Shown here piece after piece: positions 1-16,623 of a stretch of 64,000 nt of DNA. The DNA lies in NCBI GenBank assembly GCA_964016885.1, contig OZ024742.1:27032001-27096000 (forward strand). The letters run 5' to 3'. A program made the position numbers and the translations under genes. The number at the start of each line of letters is the position of its first letter. The first letter of the stretch is position 1. The notes beneath the pieces were generated by a model, which saw only the letters and a program-made list of their open reading frames with translations, did not search any database and was not told where the DNA came from. Source of the DNA: Eledone cirrhosa (Eukaryota).

Positions 1-396
1 TTCATATAACTGTTCTGCATCCCCTTGCATTGAACCACAAAGTTACTAAGACAAAACCTATATATTTGCTTGCATAGGTATGCATCTGTATATATATGTT
101 GGTAGATATACTAATTCTTTATAATTATCTCCAAATTATTTTGTTGAGCAAAAACTTGCCAAAATTACTACTATAGTTCATAGTAACAGCTTGGCTACTG
201 TCTTTTTAACACCCCACTCCTCACTGATTAACCTCGATGTCACGTGATTGATTGTTTTCAAATTGTCACCGAACAAGAAGGCAGTGATTTTTTCAATGTC
301 CTGGAATTTAGTCCCCGCTTGCTCTTTTCCATCCACTCAATACATTTGTATAAGTACCTTGTGTCCACGCATTGCCAGGTATCTTAGCTGAGTATG

Positions 397-468
397 ACTC
401 CCTGATGACGAAAAGGTTTCTTCATGGTCTCCATGTATATTCCATTTCAGAAAGTAATTAGTTGGAGT
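397..468 (+). ncRNA. Type-I hammerhead ribozyme motif near the 3' end of a TA-flanked element
   Basis: actcc-CTGATGA (402-408), stem II gaaaagg/ccatttc with inner catgg/ccatg, GAAA (450-453), ggagt closing stem I; (TA)n begins about 50 bp later. Confidence 0.55.
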
Positions 469-512
469 GAAATTTAAGTGAGCTAAATACTATAATTTTC
501 TTATTTTACGTT

Positions 513-545
<33 letters not shown>

Positions 546-549
<4 letters not shown>

Positions 550-1464
550 AGTTAATATAAATTAATATATTTGATAAACACAAATACCAATATATCCGTG
601 TTTGTATTGTAAATGACTAAGTTAGCTAGATTGAAAAATATTAATTATAATAATACAGTTTGCCTGTCTCGATTTAAAATAATAAATCAATAAAAACAAA
701 GCATATTGGCAAATGGCCGTGGTGCTTGGACAAATTTAAATTTCAAAATCAAACCTGTTCCGTAGACAGGTTTAAACCTTAAAATCCAAATAAGTTTCGA
801 AAAATGAAAAAGTGAAAAAATACCACATTTAGATCTCCTCAGCAAGCACCAGAAAAATTGGTATGTTTCACTTCAAAACATTTAAAAAGACTGTTTAACG
901 CACATGGTTTTTAAACATGGTTATCCAGTGTCTAGCTGCCGCATACTCGTGCTGCTAGAAATAACAGCCGTTTATATGGGGCTAAAGCTAGCTCTACATA
1001 AGGAGAAGTGATACTATTAATAATGAGTTCAAAACTCAGGCAGTGCTTTACAATGAAATAGCTCAAAGAAAGAAGTATTTCTGAGCCGTGTAATACAAGT
1101 TAATATGAATTAATATATTTGATAAACACAAATACCAACATATCCGTGTTTGTATTGTAAATGACTGAGTTAGCTAGATTGAATTTGAAATTGAAATTTG
1201 TCCAAGCACCACGGCCATTTGCCAATATGCTTTGTTTTTATTGATTTATTATTTTAAATCGAGACAGGCAAACTGTATTATTATAATTAGTATTTTTCAA
1301 TCTAGCTAACTTAGTCATTTACAATACAAACACGGATATGTTGGTATTTGTGTTTATCAAATATATTAATTTATATTAACTTGTATTACACGGCTCAGAA
1401 ATACTTCTTTCTTTGAGCTATTTCATTGCAAAAGACTGCCTGAGTTTTGAACTCATTATTAATA

Positions 1465-1467
<3 letters not shown>
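546..1467. mobile_element. TA-flanked tandem/inverted repeat insert (PLE pLTR-like architecture)
   Basis: 546-745 is inverted at 1185-1385; 1011-1182 is inverted at 1296-1467; 1093-1182 directly repeats 546-633; (TA)n on both sides. Confidence 0.75.
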
Positions 1468-1510
<43 letters not shown>

Positions 1511-1617
1511 ATACATATATATATATATATATATAAGGATGTATATTTATATATATATATATGTATATATATATAGTCTTCAAATTTATTATTATTACTA
1601 TATTCATATATATATAC

Positions 1618-1672
<55 letters not shown>

Positions 1673-1697
1673 AATATATATATACATATATATATAC

Positions 1698-1750
<53 letters not shown>

Positions 1751-1765
1751 CATATATATATATAC

Positions 1766-1812
<47 letters not shown>

Positions 1813-1817
1813 GATAC

Positions 1818-1848
<31 letters not shown>

Positions 1849-1860
1849 CATGCATACATG

Positions 1861-1892
<32 letters not shown>

Positions 1893-1902
1893 CATATTTA
1901 TA

Positions 1903-1976
<74 letters not shown>

Positions 1977-2042
1977 TGTGTGTGTATATATATATATGCA
2001 TCTATGCATGTATATATACATGTATGCATGTATATATATATA
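1466..2042. repeat. Compound (TA)n/(TATACA)/(TG)n microsatellite
   Basis: Seen directly; source of the YIYI ORFs. Confidence 0.97.
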
Positions 2043-2466
2043 CACTTTCTCTCGACTGACCTCTTTCTCGCACTTCCACTCACTCACTCTCTGTTTCTCC
2101 CCTTCTCACTTCCTCCCGTTTGGCCTGTAGTGGGTCTCTTCTTGCTTACATCTCACTCACGTCGTACGGTCTGTACCTCTCTTGCTCATGAAATCCACCC
2201 AGATTATGCTGACTGGACAACCATGTTGCTTGTTTATATTTTCCTATCTTTGGTTTGCTTTTATCCTTCTATGTTGTTTACTTGTCCCTCTCGCTTTACG
2301 CGATTTACTTGTCACAATAACTTTTTTTAGTTATTGCTCACACCAATCTGAGATATATGATTTTTAATGCGATGAAATACCAATGATGGTTGGAAAATCA
2401 CTGACGAAGGACTATTTTTATCATATGTAACCCATGTGCAACCACGCAGTATTCTTCTCTCTTCTT

Positions 2467-2470
<4 letters not shown>
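2043..2470 (+). mobile_element. TA-flanked repeat, homologous to 22052-22423, with a structured RNA-like motif
   Basis: Shared caataact..ttattgctc..CTGAGRTAT..AAYGCGAWGAAATACCWATGAT..CTGACGAWGGA..GTAAC. Confidence 0.6.
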
Positions 2471-2508
<38 letters not shown>

Positions 2509-3019
2509 GGTGTGTGTGTGTGTGGGTGTGGGTGTGTGTGTGTGTGGGTGTGGGTGTGTGTGTATGTATAACACTTAACCGCGTATATATATACAAGCAG
2601 ACTACAATCTCAATCGGAGTTAGCTTCCGTTTGAAATTCTATACTTGGATTTCCAGCTATGACAAGAAGAACTGAACAATGTGGAACTTTCAATAATTAC
2701 AGCTTCGTCTGAAATTCTACATTTTCTCTAATTTAATGTCTTCGTACTAAACGATTTTATTTATAGAATTCATTTATTAGTTCCTCGTAACACTTTCAAA
2801 ATCTCAATCATTTCCCCTCGGATTTCGGATTTAACAACTGAAAGCAGCTCATAAGTTATATTTAACATATCTCTTCTGAAACCTTCTGGTCGTCTCGTCT
2901 CTCTATTGTCTTTTTATTTCACTCTACATTACCCCCCCCCCCACACACACACATACACACTCAATATATTTATATATTTATATATTTATATATACGTACA
3001 TTTATATATACGCATATCA

Positions 3020-3155
3020 AAAGATTCAGCTGTCGAAACGGCAGGAGCTCAGTCGTCGGGGACTTGACTCTTTACATATTGCCTACTCTACCACCCTAAG
3101 TACTTACTACTCTGGTGCGTTATGGTCCACCTGGTATTTTACCACTCCCTCTTTG

Positions 3156-3158
<3 letters not shown>
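3020..3158. mobile_element. Diverged copy of a TA-flanked repeat family (gtcgaaacggc / ggtgcgttatggtccacctgg)
   Basis: Matches 31281-31667, 33752-33876, 34272-34357, 42340-42450 and 48770-48850; ends at (TA)n. Confidence 0.75.
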
Positions 3159-3201
<43 letters not shown>

Positions 3202-3289
3202 TCTTTTACTCTTTTACCTGTTTCAGCCATCCGGCTGAGGCCATGCTGGGGCACCGCCCTTCTATATATATATCTATATATATATATAT

Positions 3290-3710
3290 GGTGGCTGCCA
3301 ACTCGTTTTCGAGTACGGCCACTACTTTATATCCATGTAGGAGTACCCCTACCGATGTGTTGAACAAGTGGGACTTTTTAGTCCAGCCAGCGACTTGAAA
3401 ACTCTGGTACAAAGACTACAATTGTGACAATTACTGACACATAGTGCTGGGCCCATGGTACCATGTGACGCCAAGTGCAGAGAGATCTCCAGATATAAAG
3501 CAATGCCTGTGCCGTGAAGCTTTTATAGTGAGCAAAGGCACTGCACAAAGCCAGTCCCACTCTCTTAACCAAGATGATATTTACCAAAAAGAAGAACAAG
3601 TCAACATCATTGGATACCATGAGAGTTGCAGGTGTTATATCAGAGTTTTCCTTCTCCTAGAATTCTGCCTTGACAAAGGCTAAGGGGTCATCTCTCCCGG
3701 TGATTTTGGA
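3290..3710. mobile_element. Probable decayed LINE (RTE-like 5' region) fragment
   Basis: Higher GC; the gagttttccttctcctag...gccttgacaaaggct stretch resembles invertebrate RTE 5' UTRs (from recollection, unverified). Confidence 0.3.
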
Positions 3711-3878
3711 TGGCCATTGACTCTTAAGAGCTCCTTTTCCCTTTGACAGGTTTTGTTTTTAGTCCTGCAGGATTTTCAATGTCACCAAGAAACATTGGTG
3801 GGATTTCAAGTTTAGTTGCCAACGACCCGACCATGAGACAGGTTGTCCATACATACAAACACACACACACACACACAG

Positions 3879-3947
<69 letters not shown>

Positions 3948-4019
3948 CTTCCTGATGATCTATTTTGAATGACACAGCTCCAGTCCCACAGAAGCCATAT
4001 TTCCCTATTAAACATGATA

Positions 4020-4056
<37 letters not shown>

Positions 4057-4222
4057 TCATTTAGGTTTGTTGGTTCACCACTGGATAGAACTGATCATTC
4101 CGTACTGTCAAGCTTGATGTAATATTAGGGAGAGCACTCGATCTAATGCAGGTTACCCGTTTTCGTTTGTGTTGTTGGTGGTGCGTGTACGGAATTAATT
4201 ATTATCAAATGACAGGAGGCTG

Positions 4223-4370
<148 letters not shown>

Positions 4371-4959
4371 GTGCGTGTGTGTGTGTGTGTGTCGGTGGGG
4401 CGGTAGTATCTATATTAACTCTTTACCTTAACGGTAGAGATACGTATGCCTATTTCAACATTATATGTTGCCCCTTTATTTCGTTTGTACCAACATCTTT
4501 ATATACATGCTCTTACACTCATTGGAAGTGACGCAACGAAAGTATATATAATGGGCTAGGACACTGTCAGCTGTGCTGAATCTGAAGTTAAACAAGAGTG
4601 AGAATATGTCACTTTGTAACTGTATGATCAGAAAAATACGTATTTTTATATGTCAACTGTAAAGCCTATAATGACATTTCTATATAGGACGTAAAAAACG
4701 ATCTCTTATCAATCAGCAGTTCATGTGTGCGACCACTTTGCGTTGCAATTTGTTTCATCTAACATAGTCTTGTTTACCCATGTTTTGCGAGTGAAATTCG
4801 ATAGATATCAACTGTTTGGAAGCCGATCAAATGAAATGTAGCTATACGAGGAGGTGCTGCAAAGTTACTGGCTTTAAGGGTATCGCGTAAGGGTAGAGTG
4901 GTTACCTTTACAGAGGGAGGTCGAGGACCCGGTTCAGTCATGAATAACCATGTAATTTG

Positions 4960-5235
4960 CACCTAGAAAGTTTGCCTCCGAGGTACACAAGTCCAAGCAA
5001 GGTTGTTTGAGGAAGAACAGCAGTCACCCATTTTTACCACCCTCCCCTCTCCACGCCACCGATGATGTCCAAGGGAAAGGCTATGACCGATGCAACTTGG
5101 CACTAGTGACGTCACAACTCATTTCTACAGCTGAGTAACCTGGAGCAACGTGCAATAAAGTGTCTTGCTCAAGGACACAGCGCATCACCCTGTCCAAGAA
5201 TCGATCCCACAACCAATCGATTGCAAGCCTACCTC
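4960..5235 (-). mobile_element. tRNA-derived SINE with CORE-like central domain (family B)
   Basis: Reverse complement contains gtgtccttgagcaagacactttattgcacgttgctccagg; homologous to 11295-11500. Confidence 0.75.
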
Positions 5236-5316
5236 CCTTTACACAGAGGGAGGTAGGACCATTGCAATAAGTTTGTGAATCTGAAATGGGAATATGTTGA
5301 ATAAAATCATAATGAA

Positions 5317-5457
5317 ATGATCCTCCTGTATTTTTTATTAACTGATCCTCCTGTATTTTTTATTAAGTGATCCTCCTCTATTTTCTTTATTAAGTGATCC
5401 TCCTGTATTTTCTTTTAACTGATCATCTTGTATTTTCTCTTTAACTGATCATCCTGT
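5317..5457. repeat. About 23-bp minisatellite, 6 copies
   Basis: tgatcctcctgtattttttattaa repeated with variants. Confidence 0.9.
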
Positions 5458-6362
5458 AAGTTATTTTACCCAAAGCAGGAAACTTTCAGCTGAAAGGTCT
5501 ACATTGATCACTCACTATTTTGAAAATAATCTCCCTCAGAATTGTATTAAGGGTATGTGTATATAGAATGCTATGTCGCTTCCATTTTGCTTTCATGTGC
5601 AGAGTGTTCCGATCATCTAGTAGCAGGAACGCTCCTCGTCGACACCGACGGCGGTATATTACATTTTTCGCTTCAAATATTCGTTCAAACCACACCCCAC
5701 AGTCTTACCAAAGGATGTAGGTATTAGACTAGCGTTAGATATGGTGATATGGTATCTGATGGAACACATTTGTCGATTGGTCTGATCAACGAGCGATAGG
5801 ATTTTGGTATAATAGCATTAGCTCCACACACCTGAAATACGAAAAAAGACAAATTATCATGCGACAATACATTCCTTTATGTATCCCTATTGTAGTTGTA
5901 CAGTTATATTATTACATAACTATATAGTTTCAGATTTAAATAACACCGTTATTTGCGTGTAATTACTTGAACAATAGAAGCTTAAGAAGATTATGGAAAA
6001 CTTTAAAAGATTCCTCATCAGCACTACTTAAAGATTCCAGCATAAACTGCCATTGTAATAAAAGTAAAACAACAATATTATATGTTTATAATTATATGGT
6101 ACTCTTGAGCAACGTAATTGCACTGATTTGATATTTCAGACACAGTCTCCATCCCAATCATTCTACAAATCAACTATCACTTGAAAGTGACAGAAATATT
6201 CGTCAGCTAAGATTGTTATAGAAATGGCTGTCTCTAAAGAGATAACCCACAGGGACATGTAAATAATACAGCAGTCTCTTGAGATGGTTCACTATTTCAA
6301 TTGCCTATAACATAGCAGAGTTGATTCCATAACTTAAATCATTGGTAAATCTATTCTGTCTG

Positions 6363-6418
<56 letters not shown>

Positions 6419-6572
6419 GTGTGTGTGTGTGTGTACACCCCACACACAAACACAGAGTCACGGTCTAGCACACAGACACAAAAATATATAAACATATATA
6501 TATAAATGAAGTAATTCCGTCGGAAAGGTCCAGGAAAAAAGAGTGCTCTATGTAGGTTACAGAGCTTATTAG

Positions 6573-6662
<90 letters not shown>

Positions 6663-6668
<6 letters not shown>

Positions 6669-7006
6669 AAGAAAAGATGAAATCGAAAATGCAACTGGAG
6701 TCTTATTTTTTTTTTAAATATATATATTTATTTGGTTCCTTTACCGGTTTCGCAGTTCTTCTGCTTTTCAAAAGTAGAGTTGAGATGGAGGGTCAGATGT
6801 GAGAAAAACCATAGACCCTCCATCTCAACTCTACTTTTGAAAAGCAGAAGAACTGCGAAACCGGTAAAGAACCAAATAAATATAGATATTTTTTAAAAAA
6901 ATAAGACTCCAGTTGTATTTTCGATTTCATCTTTTTTTCTTTATAATTTCACTCGTGTAGGACACCTCGGTTATTTTTCATTTTGTAAAAAAAACCTAAC
7001 TTTCTA
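6663..7006. mobile_element. TA-flanked palindromic element with an HHR in each arm
   Basis: Arms 6663-6794 and 6814-6944 are near-perfect inverted repeats; single-arm homolog at 43220-43421. Confidence 0.85.
6834..6869 (+). ncRNA. Minimal hammerhead ribozyme, U3:A8 core variant (mirror copy at 6739-6774, minus strand)
   Basis: ctt-TTGAAAA-gcag aagaa ctgc-GAAAC-cg-GTA-aag. Confidence 0.7.
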
Positions 7007-7266
7007 ATATATATATATATATATCATATATCGGTGTGAGTGTGTGTTTTAGTGTGAGGCTGTCTGTGTTATATAATGAGTGCGGTTAGTAGTTGTCGTT
7101 TTGCATACAAGAAACCAATGTGCTCTAAACCGAATCTTGTTGGCAGTAAGGACGCAGCCATATACATAAGTCCATGCATCAGTCTGTCTCTCACACACCC
7201 TTTCTCTACCCCTCTCTCACATACTCTCTAACTCTCTCTCTTTCTCTCTCTTTCTCTCTCTATCTA

Positions 7267-7300
<34 letters not shown>

Positions 7301-7301
<1 letters not shown>

Positions 7302-7604
7302 CACTGAGGATGAAGAACTCAGAGGTGTACGGGAGCCTCCCAAAAGTCAGCTCAAAAGTGACACAGAGGAGACTGATGTTAGCTGGACATACACACTGAC
7401 ATCCAGAGTTGACACTGCACTCAGTGATACCGTGGATGCCCCTACATGGACACACTGAAAGAGGAAGACCGAAGTTAACATATGTTGATGCCCTAAGGAC
7501 AGACACTGGTCTGTTGGAGACGCAGGACATGGCAGCGATAATGAGGGACAGAGACCGCTGGTGGGAACTCGTCCATGGATCTCGGGAATTTTACCCGCCC
7601 TAGA
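7301..7604 (+). mobile_element. 3' end of an RTE-type LINE inserted in (TA)n
   Basis: Encodes LHGHTERGRPKLTYVDALRTDTGLLETQDMAAIMRDRDRW; same family as 27365-28192. Confidence 0.85.
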
Positions 7605-7627
7605 TATATATATATATATTACAATAA

Positions 7628-7795
7628 TAATTGTTTCTACTTTTGGCACAAGGCCACCAATTATCCTAGTGTATTACTGGTGCTTTATTTTATCGACCTC
7701 GTAAGGATGAAAACAAAATTAACCTTGTCGAGATTTGAACTCAGAACATGAAAGGCCATAACTCTATGCTACAAATCTTGGTGTCTGACGCTCTG
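7628..7795 (-). mobile_element. tRNA-derived SINE (family A)
   Basis: Reverse complement has ctgagttcaaatc (B box) ... catccttacgaggtcgataaaataaag ... ccttgtgccaaaagtagaaacaatt. Confidence 0.85.
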
Positions 7796-8184
7796 TTGAA
7801 ATATGTTTTATGTCCGTTACTCTGAGATCAATATTTCCCTTCATATTCTTTTAGGAATTCTTGTTTAATCTCATAGCAGCTAAGATTGAACAGAACTTTA
7901 CGAAAAGTGTCCAAGCTGTGATGTTTACACGTATCTTGTATTATGTATACAATATTTGAGGCGCGGAAAGACCAGAGGTCTTATAACACCAAATCTAATA
8001 CTTTGCTGTATTTTCTTCCGGCTACTTTTGCCCTGAGTTCAAATACCATAGTCTGCAGAATATACTATACGACGGCATTTTATAGCCACCTACCATTCGT
8101 GACCATCCTCACCAAAAAGAAATTCAATTCTACCCAGTATCCACCATACATACTAGCTATGTACGATTGTCAATTGAAACTTTC

Positions 8185-8363
8185 ACAAACTGACCAAGAT
8201 ACGCTCATAGAATGACCAAATGAGGTTTATTTTTCAACTTTGTTCGTGGAAAGATTCAATGCAGTTATTAATAACAAGAGATGAAATTAATGCATGCAAG
8301 ATTTCGCAGCTCTAGCATCACTCTTTCATACTCACTCTATGAACGTTTAGGCCTACCCTCGTA
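8185..8363. mobile_element. Mariner-type MITE remnant
   Basis: ctcatagaatgaccaaatgaggtttatttttcaac shared with 31058-31233 and 51455-51770; ends in accctcgta. Confidence 0.55.
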
Positions 8364-8931
8364 TATATAGGGCGCCCGAGACATAGAGTCGGATCCACGC
8401 TTCTAATGAGCAGATCGATACGGGAATCATGTTTGTCATATTAATAAAAACTCGAACCAATCATCCGTGGAGGATATGCAACATTCGATAATCAATGACA
8501 TTATTTATGGTCTGAAACTTTCTCTCTCTCTCTCTTTCTCTATCTCTTTCTCACATACACTAAGACTCTCTCTTTCTCTCTCACTCTTTCTCGCTCTCTC
8601 TCTCACACAAACTAAGCCTCTCTTTCTCTCTCTCACTGGATACATATACACACAGATATGCAGCTTCATGTACACACCTTTGAACTTGTTATAACGTTGT
8701 GTGGAGACCCGGAATTTTATGACATATATACAAGGATTACCGGATATATAAACACTTGATAAATCAAGTGTTTACATAAGAGAAACCATATAGCGTATGG
8801 TGATTACTGACAAGTGGAAGTAATTAAACATAAGAATATCATTGCAGAAATGTTCACTACACACACACACTCACACCATCACACACACACACACACACCG
8901 TCACACAAACACACACACACACACCGTCACA

Positions 8932-9003
<72 letters not shown>

Positions 9004-9069
9004 TACACACACACACATATATATATATGTGTGTCTGTGTTTATTCTTCGTCTGTATATATATATATAT

Positions 9070-10355
9070 GATTTGCCAGAACGTGTGTTGAAACTGATAT
9101 TGTTATTATTTTGGAGGGTCATATAAATATATATATATGTTTTAACTATATTCTTAAGTTAAATTTTTAAAAACTTTATAACAAGTATGACTTCTTATAA
9201 AATAACCTATGGTTTATGTTTTAATTATATTCTTAAGATAGATTTATGACTTCTTATAAAATAACATATGGTTTATGTTTTAATTATATTCTTAAGATAA
9301 CATTTTTTAACTTTATATCATCTATGACTTCTCATTAAAAAAATTTTTTAAAGTTTTAAAAAATGTTTTTTTCGTAAACTTTTTTTTATGTATCCTTGGA
9401 GTCATTTGACTTCTTAAAAAATCACTTCTAACTTCCTTTATACTTCCTTACTGTTTTTATAATATAATTAAGTAGTTATTCCTTTATAAAATCTCGTAAA
9501 TTTTCATAAATTTAGAATTATTTGGATGTTTAAGTTTTGCCTTACAACTATTAATAAATATAATTTTGCCAAACTTACTTTAATAATACTAGATTTTCTC
9601 TAATGTAAAATATTATATATTTAGTTAATTAATTTATAATCCATAACATACACATCTAAACAATATATTATTACTAATACATCTTAATATAATATAAATA
9701 CTTCTGTTTTATTATAAATTTTTAATTTTTTAATTTTTAATATTAATATTAAATTAAATCTTTAATATTGAGGCAAATTTTAATCTTTAATTTTGATTTT
9801 TAATTTTAATCTAATTTTTCAACCTATCATTATAAATATTATAATCACAACCTAATGAACCCTACATTCTAAATATTCTTCTTCCACGTTAATCTTATTT
9901 CTTCTTTCACTTCTTCTTTCACTTAGATATATTTACGCTATGTATATTTTGCCATTAAAGCTTATTTCTTCATTCACTCTGTCTAACTCCACTATCACTA
10001 TGTATAATCGTTCTTTCTTTTCTCTTCTCTCTTTCTCCTTCCTTTTCTTTTTTCTCTCTCCCTTACATATCATCTTCTTCCAACAGTTTAATTTAAATAA
10101 ACCGTTATCTTTTCAACTATCCGGACACTCATTTGCATACTCACTCGTAACTTTGTATTAACCTCAAATAAATATTATCTCCAGGAAGCTCCAACCGTTA
10201 AGGTTGTCTTTTTTTCCGGGTATGTCAATATTTATTTATAAAACAAATATGTATTTCATCTGATGAAAGCGCACCATAATTTGCCTTGGTTGCCCTTGAA
10301 ATATATATAATAAAATAAATATCGTTTTACAAATATACTTTCCATTAATTAATAT

Positions 10356-10358
<3 letters not shown>
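9070..10358 (+). mobile_element. AT-rich PLE-like 3' region between (TA)n tracts, ending in an HHR
   Basis: Very AT-rich like the 3' UTR at 14850-15550; internal ~56-bp tandem repeat at 9186-9330; HHR at 10252-10317. Confidence 0.5.
10252..10317 (+). ncRNA. Minimal type-I hammerhead ribozyme
   Basis: tatttcat-CTGATGA-aagcgcacca...tggttgccctt-GAAAT-atat-ATA-ataaaata; homologs at 32200 and 62151. Confidence 0.75.
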
Positions 10359-10396
<38 letters not shown>

Positions 10397-11294
10397 ATCC
10401 CGGTTTCATTCTGGGGTAATCACAGTAAGTATAAACAACAAATTAAATTTGAATATATGTTTCTGCGTGTATGTACGTACGTGCGTGTATGTGCGAGCAT
10501 GTATGTGTTTGTCTGTGTATTTTTTAGTCTTTTTTATCCAGTCATACTGCGAAAATCATCTTGAAATTATATTCAGCTATAACAGAAAAATAACGGAGTC
10601 ATTGACACATGTGTGGTTATCCCCTTTAACGAAGTAACGTATTAATTAATAAATGATCTTCATAACAAGGTTTATATATTATCCAAAAAATGTAAATTAT
10701 TTTAACAAAGAGTCAAATTCCTTATTATTTCTGAAATGACAGGACTTAATTCAGAACTCAGCAAAGGTGCTGAACATCCCATGGACAATTTATATATTTA
10801 ATGTAATTCACAGGAAGATGGTGCAACAGTCATGGTTGTGTCGACCCGAGGCTACCGTAAGTGACACTTGCTCAACATGCCACGCCAAGGAATCGAACTC
10901 GGGACAAAATTACTGCCAACATATTGTCTAGCTCCGGCTACAATTACAAATTATTAAATATTATATATGGTTTAATGTTTCTGTGCAACATAACAACTTT
11001 AGGAGAAACAATTATTTTATATATCACGAAAACTTAAATCAAATAGTTGAAACCTAGTCGGTTATATATTATTTATGAGGTGAATTAAATTTCATCGGAT
11101 TTAGGAAAATGTTCATGAATGTAACAAATAAGAGAAAAATAGAAAAAACGTTTATAAATCATTTAATACGAGAGAATCATCGAAGAGTTTTTGTTATATA
11201 ATATAGCCATATATATTTCGACTCATCCATATATTGAATGTATATGTGTAGGTAAGTAAGTAGGCATTTATGTATGCATGTATGCATAAAGGTA

Positions 11295-11500
11295 TGGCGT
11301 ATGGTGGTTAGAACATTGGGCTTGCAACTGAGAGGTTGTGAGTTCGATTCTCGTACCCGGTGATGCTTTGTGTCCTTGAGCAAGACAGTTTATTTCACGG
11401 TGCTCCAGTTCATTCAGCTCTACAAATGAGCTGTGTCGTCACTGGTGCCAAGCAGTAATGGCTAATACCTTTCCCCTGGACAACGTTGGTGACAGAGAGA
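11295..11500 (+). mobile_element. tRNA-derived SINE family B
   Basis: ggcgtatggtggttag (A box), gagttcgattc (B box), gtgtccttgagcaagac CORE-like segment. Confidence 0.85.
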
Positions 11501-11693
11501 GACAGAATTAAAAGAGTTGAAGTCAGTGTTGCAGCATATGTACAATCGTTATTTGCATATTACAAATGTTTCGATATCGATAACCTCAGAGTACATTCAA
11601 GGTAAAAGATCCGACTATTTTTCGACGTCTCATCACATGTGTGCTTATATGTTACACACCTAACTAATGTATATATATATATATATAGTATTG

Positions 11694-14331
<2,638 letters not shown>

Positions 14332-14349
14332 TATATATATATATATATT

Positions 14350-15765
14350 CACATACAACAAGTCGAGAAAATTCCACACCTAATTTGACTATCTCCTCTG
14401 ATACAACATTCACGAAAGGTTGTAACTGTAGAAACAAAGCAAATTGCCCATTAAAAGGAAATTGCTTTATTAATAACATAGTATATAAATGTAAAATTAA
14501 CACTAAGGACTCAACTTATTCATATATAGGAGCTACTTCTAACCAATTTAAAGTAAGATTTAATACCCACAAACACAGTTTTAAAAATGCCGCATTAGCT
14601 AATACAACATCCTTAGCTGAATTAATTAATAATTATAGAAAAAAGAATATCGATTATAACCTGACCTGGAGTGTGCTCAAAATGGCCACCCCTTATCAAA
14701 ATAATATGTATAAATGTAGATTATGTTCCCAGGAACTTTTTGAAATAATGAAATCTAAGGATATTCTATTAAATAAGCGACAAGAATTAATTATATCATG
14801 TAATCATAAAATTAGAAGAACTTTTAAATATTATAAACCTAATTAATATACACTTTACAATTTATTATAATTATTATTTTTTTTTTTTTTATATTAGTTA
14901 ACCTATAATTAATATTCTACTACTAATGAACTGCATAATTTTATTTCCCTTTTACAGCTATCTTTTCCTAAAATTTATACCAATAAGTATTCTTATAAAC
15001 TATTTTAATTTCAGGTTATGAATCTATATTCCTTGTAATCTATATAAATTTGTTATTTCTTACTAATACATTTATCCCCCCCCCCCCAAATTTTTTCCCC
15101 TTCGTTTTTAACAACATTCTTCAATTACATCTAACTCTTATTTATCATATCTATATGAATTAATATAAATTTATCAATATAAATATACCTATCAATTAAA
15201 TTAATTTATTTTCTTTTTATAGATGTAAATTCCTTATGTTTTAAATAAGATTGATATTTTTCACTAACACATTTATCGTAAAATTTTATTCTCCTTAGAT
15301 TTTAACATTACCATTATTCTTTTATATCATCAAATTTTCGTGTATCTTTCACCGACTTGACCTATTTTTATCCCCAAAGTAATCTTTTCATTCAAAATAC
15401 TCTTTCCATTCAAAACTGAAGTCTGCTTTTCTCTACCCCTAAATTAAATTTCTATTACTACTATTCTATCATCTTGACTACTTACTACCTTTCTATTGGT
15501 CAATTCAAAACCTGTTCCCAAACAGACCTATTATATTAAATCTTTGTTGTTTTTTTTCAATAAACAAATATCATTATTTCTGAAGACAGCATATATATGT
15601 GTAGGTATGTATATTCCCTCTGATAGTTTGTAAAAAGTTTACATAGATCTATATGATATACATACCAACACACACATATATATCGTAGAAACGATCGTAA
15701 AATGATGAATTTTTTAATATAAGGAACTGTTTCTTTGTTTTTATTCATTATTTTTATTAATTTAT
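14350..15765 (+). mobile_element. Second 5'-truncated Penelope-like element in tandem
   Basis: GIY-YIG ORF, AT-rich 3' UTR, pLTR-like end at 15580-15750 similar to 14163-14330. Confidence 0.8.
14385..14846 (+). pseudogene. Penelope-like GIY-YIG endonuclease domain (open frame, RT missing)
   Basis: CNCRNKANCPLKGNC..IVYKC..YIGAT..FKVRF..CRLCSQE..LLNKRQE..CNH. Confidence 0.9.
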
Positions 15766-15775
15766 ATATATATAT

Positions 15776-15999
15776 CTTTCACTGTATTTTTGACTAAAGA
15801 AATTTTAGTCTGATAATGGGGTTTAGAACCCTCAGATAAATGGAAAAAGATGAGTAGTACGTCAATACTCATCTTTTTCCATTTATCTGAGGGTTCTAAA
15901 CCCCATTATCAGACTAAAATTTCTTTAGTCAAAAATACGGTGAAAGCTATTCTATTTTTTTTATTTCAAACCTGCTCACTGTTTCAAAATATACTTACT

Positions 16000-16005
<6 letters not shown>
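15776..16005. mobile_element. TA-flanked palindromic insert with ~80-bp arms
   Basis: 15776-15857 inverted at 15866-15946; contains CTGATAA-tgggg..ccct without a downstream GAAA. Confidence 0.85.
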
Positions 16006-16052
<47 letters not shown>

Positions 16053-16183
16053 GGATCTTTTTGCTGATAGAACCGATGTCCAAACGTGTCGGGTTGATCA
16101 TCTGACTGACAGTTTGTTAAGAAAGTTTCCCTTGTGGTCCTTCAGGTAAAGTGCGGGATATGTATATATATATATTGATATAC

Positions 16184-16400
16184 TTTGGGAGGGCCACGCG
16201 CCTCCAATCAACACACACAAGGAATCAATGACGAAAGAGATTTGACAATAAACAAATAAACAACCAACTGGAAATTTGTAATAAATTGAAGTGCGTGTGT
16301 TTTATTGGCAGCATGAACCTCCCAGAGTATAACGATATCCGTTTCACCACACGTTATGAGATATAAAATCTTGCAAAAGAAATACAAAAACGACGTGTTT
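16184..16400. mobile_element. TA-adjacent repeat related to 31725-32146 and 9070-9125
   Basis: cctcccagagtataacgatatccgtttcaccacacg resembles ccctcccaagtataactatatttgtttcgacatacg. Confidence 0.55.
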
Positions 16401-16439
16401 ACATCTATCTCTAACTAAAACACAGCCAACTGTCTACAG

Positions 16440-16623
16440 CAGCGGCTCCCAAAGTGGGTTCCGCGGAACCCAAGGGTTACAAATAAGTATCTGGGGTTCC
16501 GTGAAAAAATGGTAGAGAGGTATATTTATAATATGACCATATAACAGGATTATACTTTGAGGTTCCTCCAACAGTTTCTGAGACAAAAAGGGTTCCGCGT
16601 TTGAAAAAGTTTGTGAAACCCTG
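16440..16623. mobile_element. hAT-type MITE
   Basis: CAG...CTG termini with imperfect TIRs and a perfect 8-bp TSD gtctacag (16432-16439, 16624-16631). Confidence 0.85.

Noticed and set aside
1395-2330. Long YI/HT/CV/SL/ER-rich ORFs here and throughout the window
   Set aside because: They are translations of (TA)n, (CA)n and (CT)n microsatellites.
3952-4010. CTGATGA in a small TA-flanked insert
   Set aside because: No stem II-GAAA-NUH could be built.
5317-5457. Short repeats resembling a CRISPR array
   Set aside because: No unique spacers, no cas genes, and a eukaryotic context.
11295-11365. tRNA-like A and B boxes
   Set aside because: This is the head of a multi-copy SINE, not an intact cloverleaf tRNA gene.
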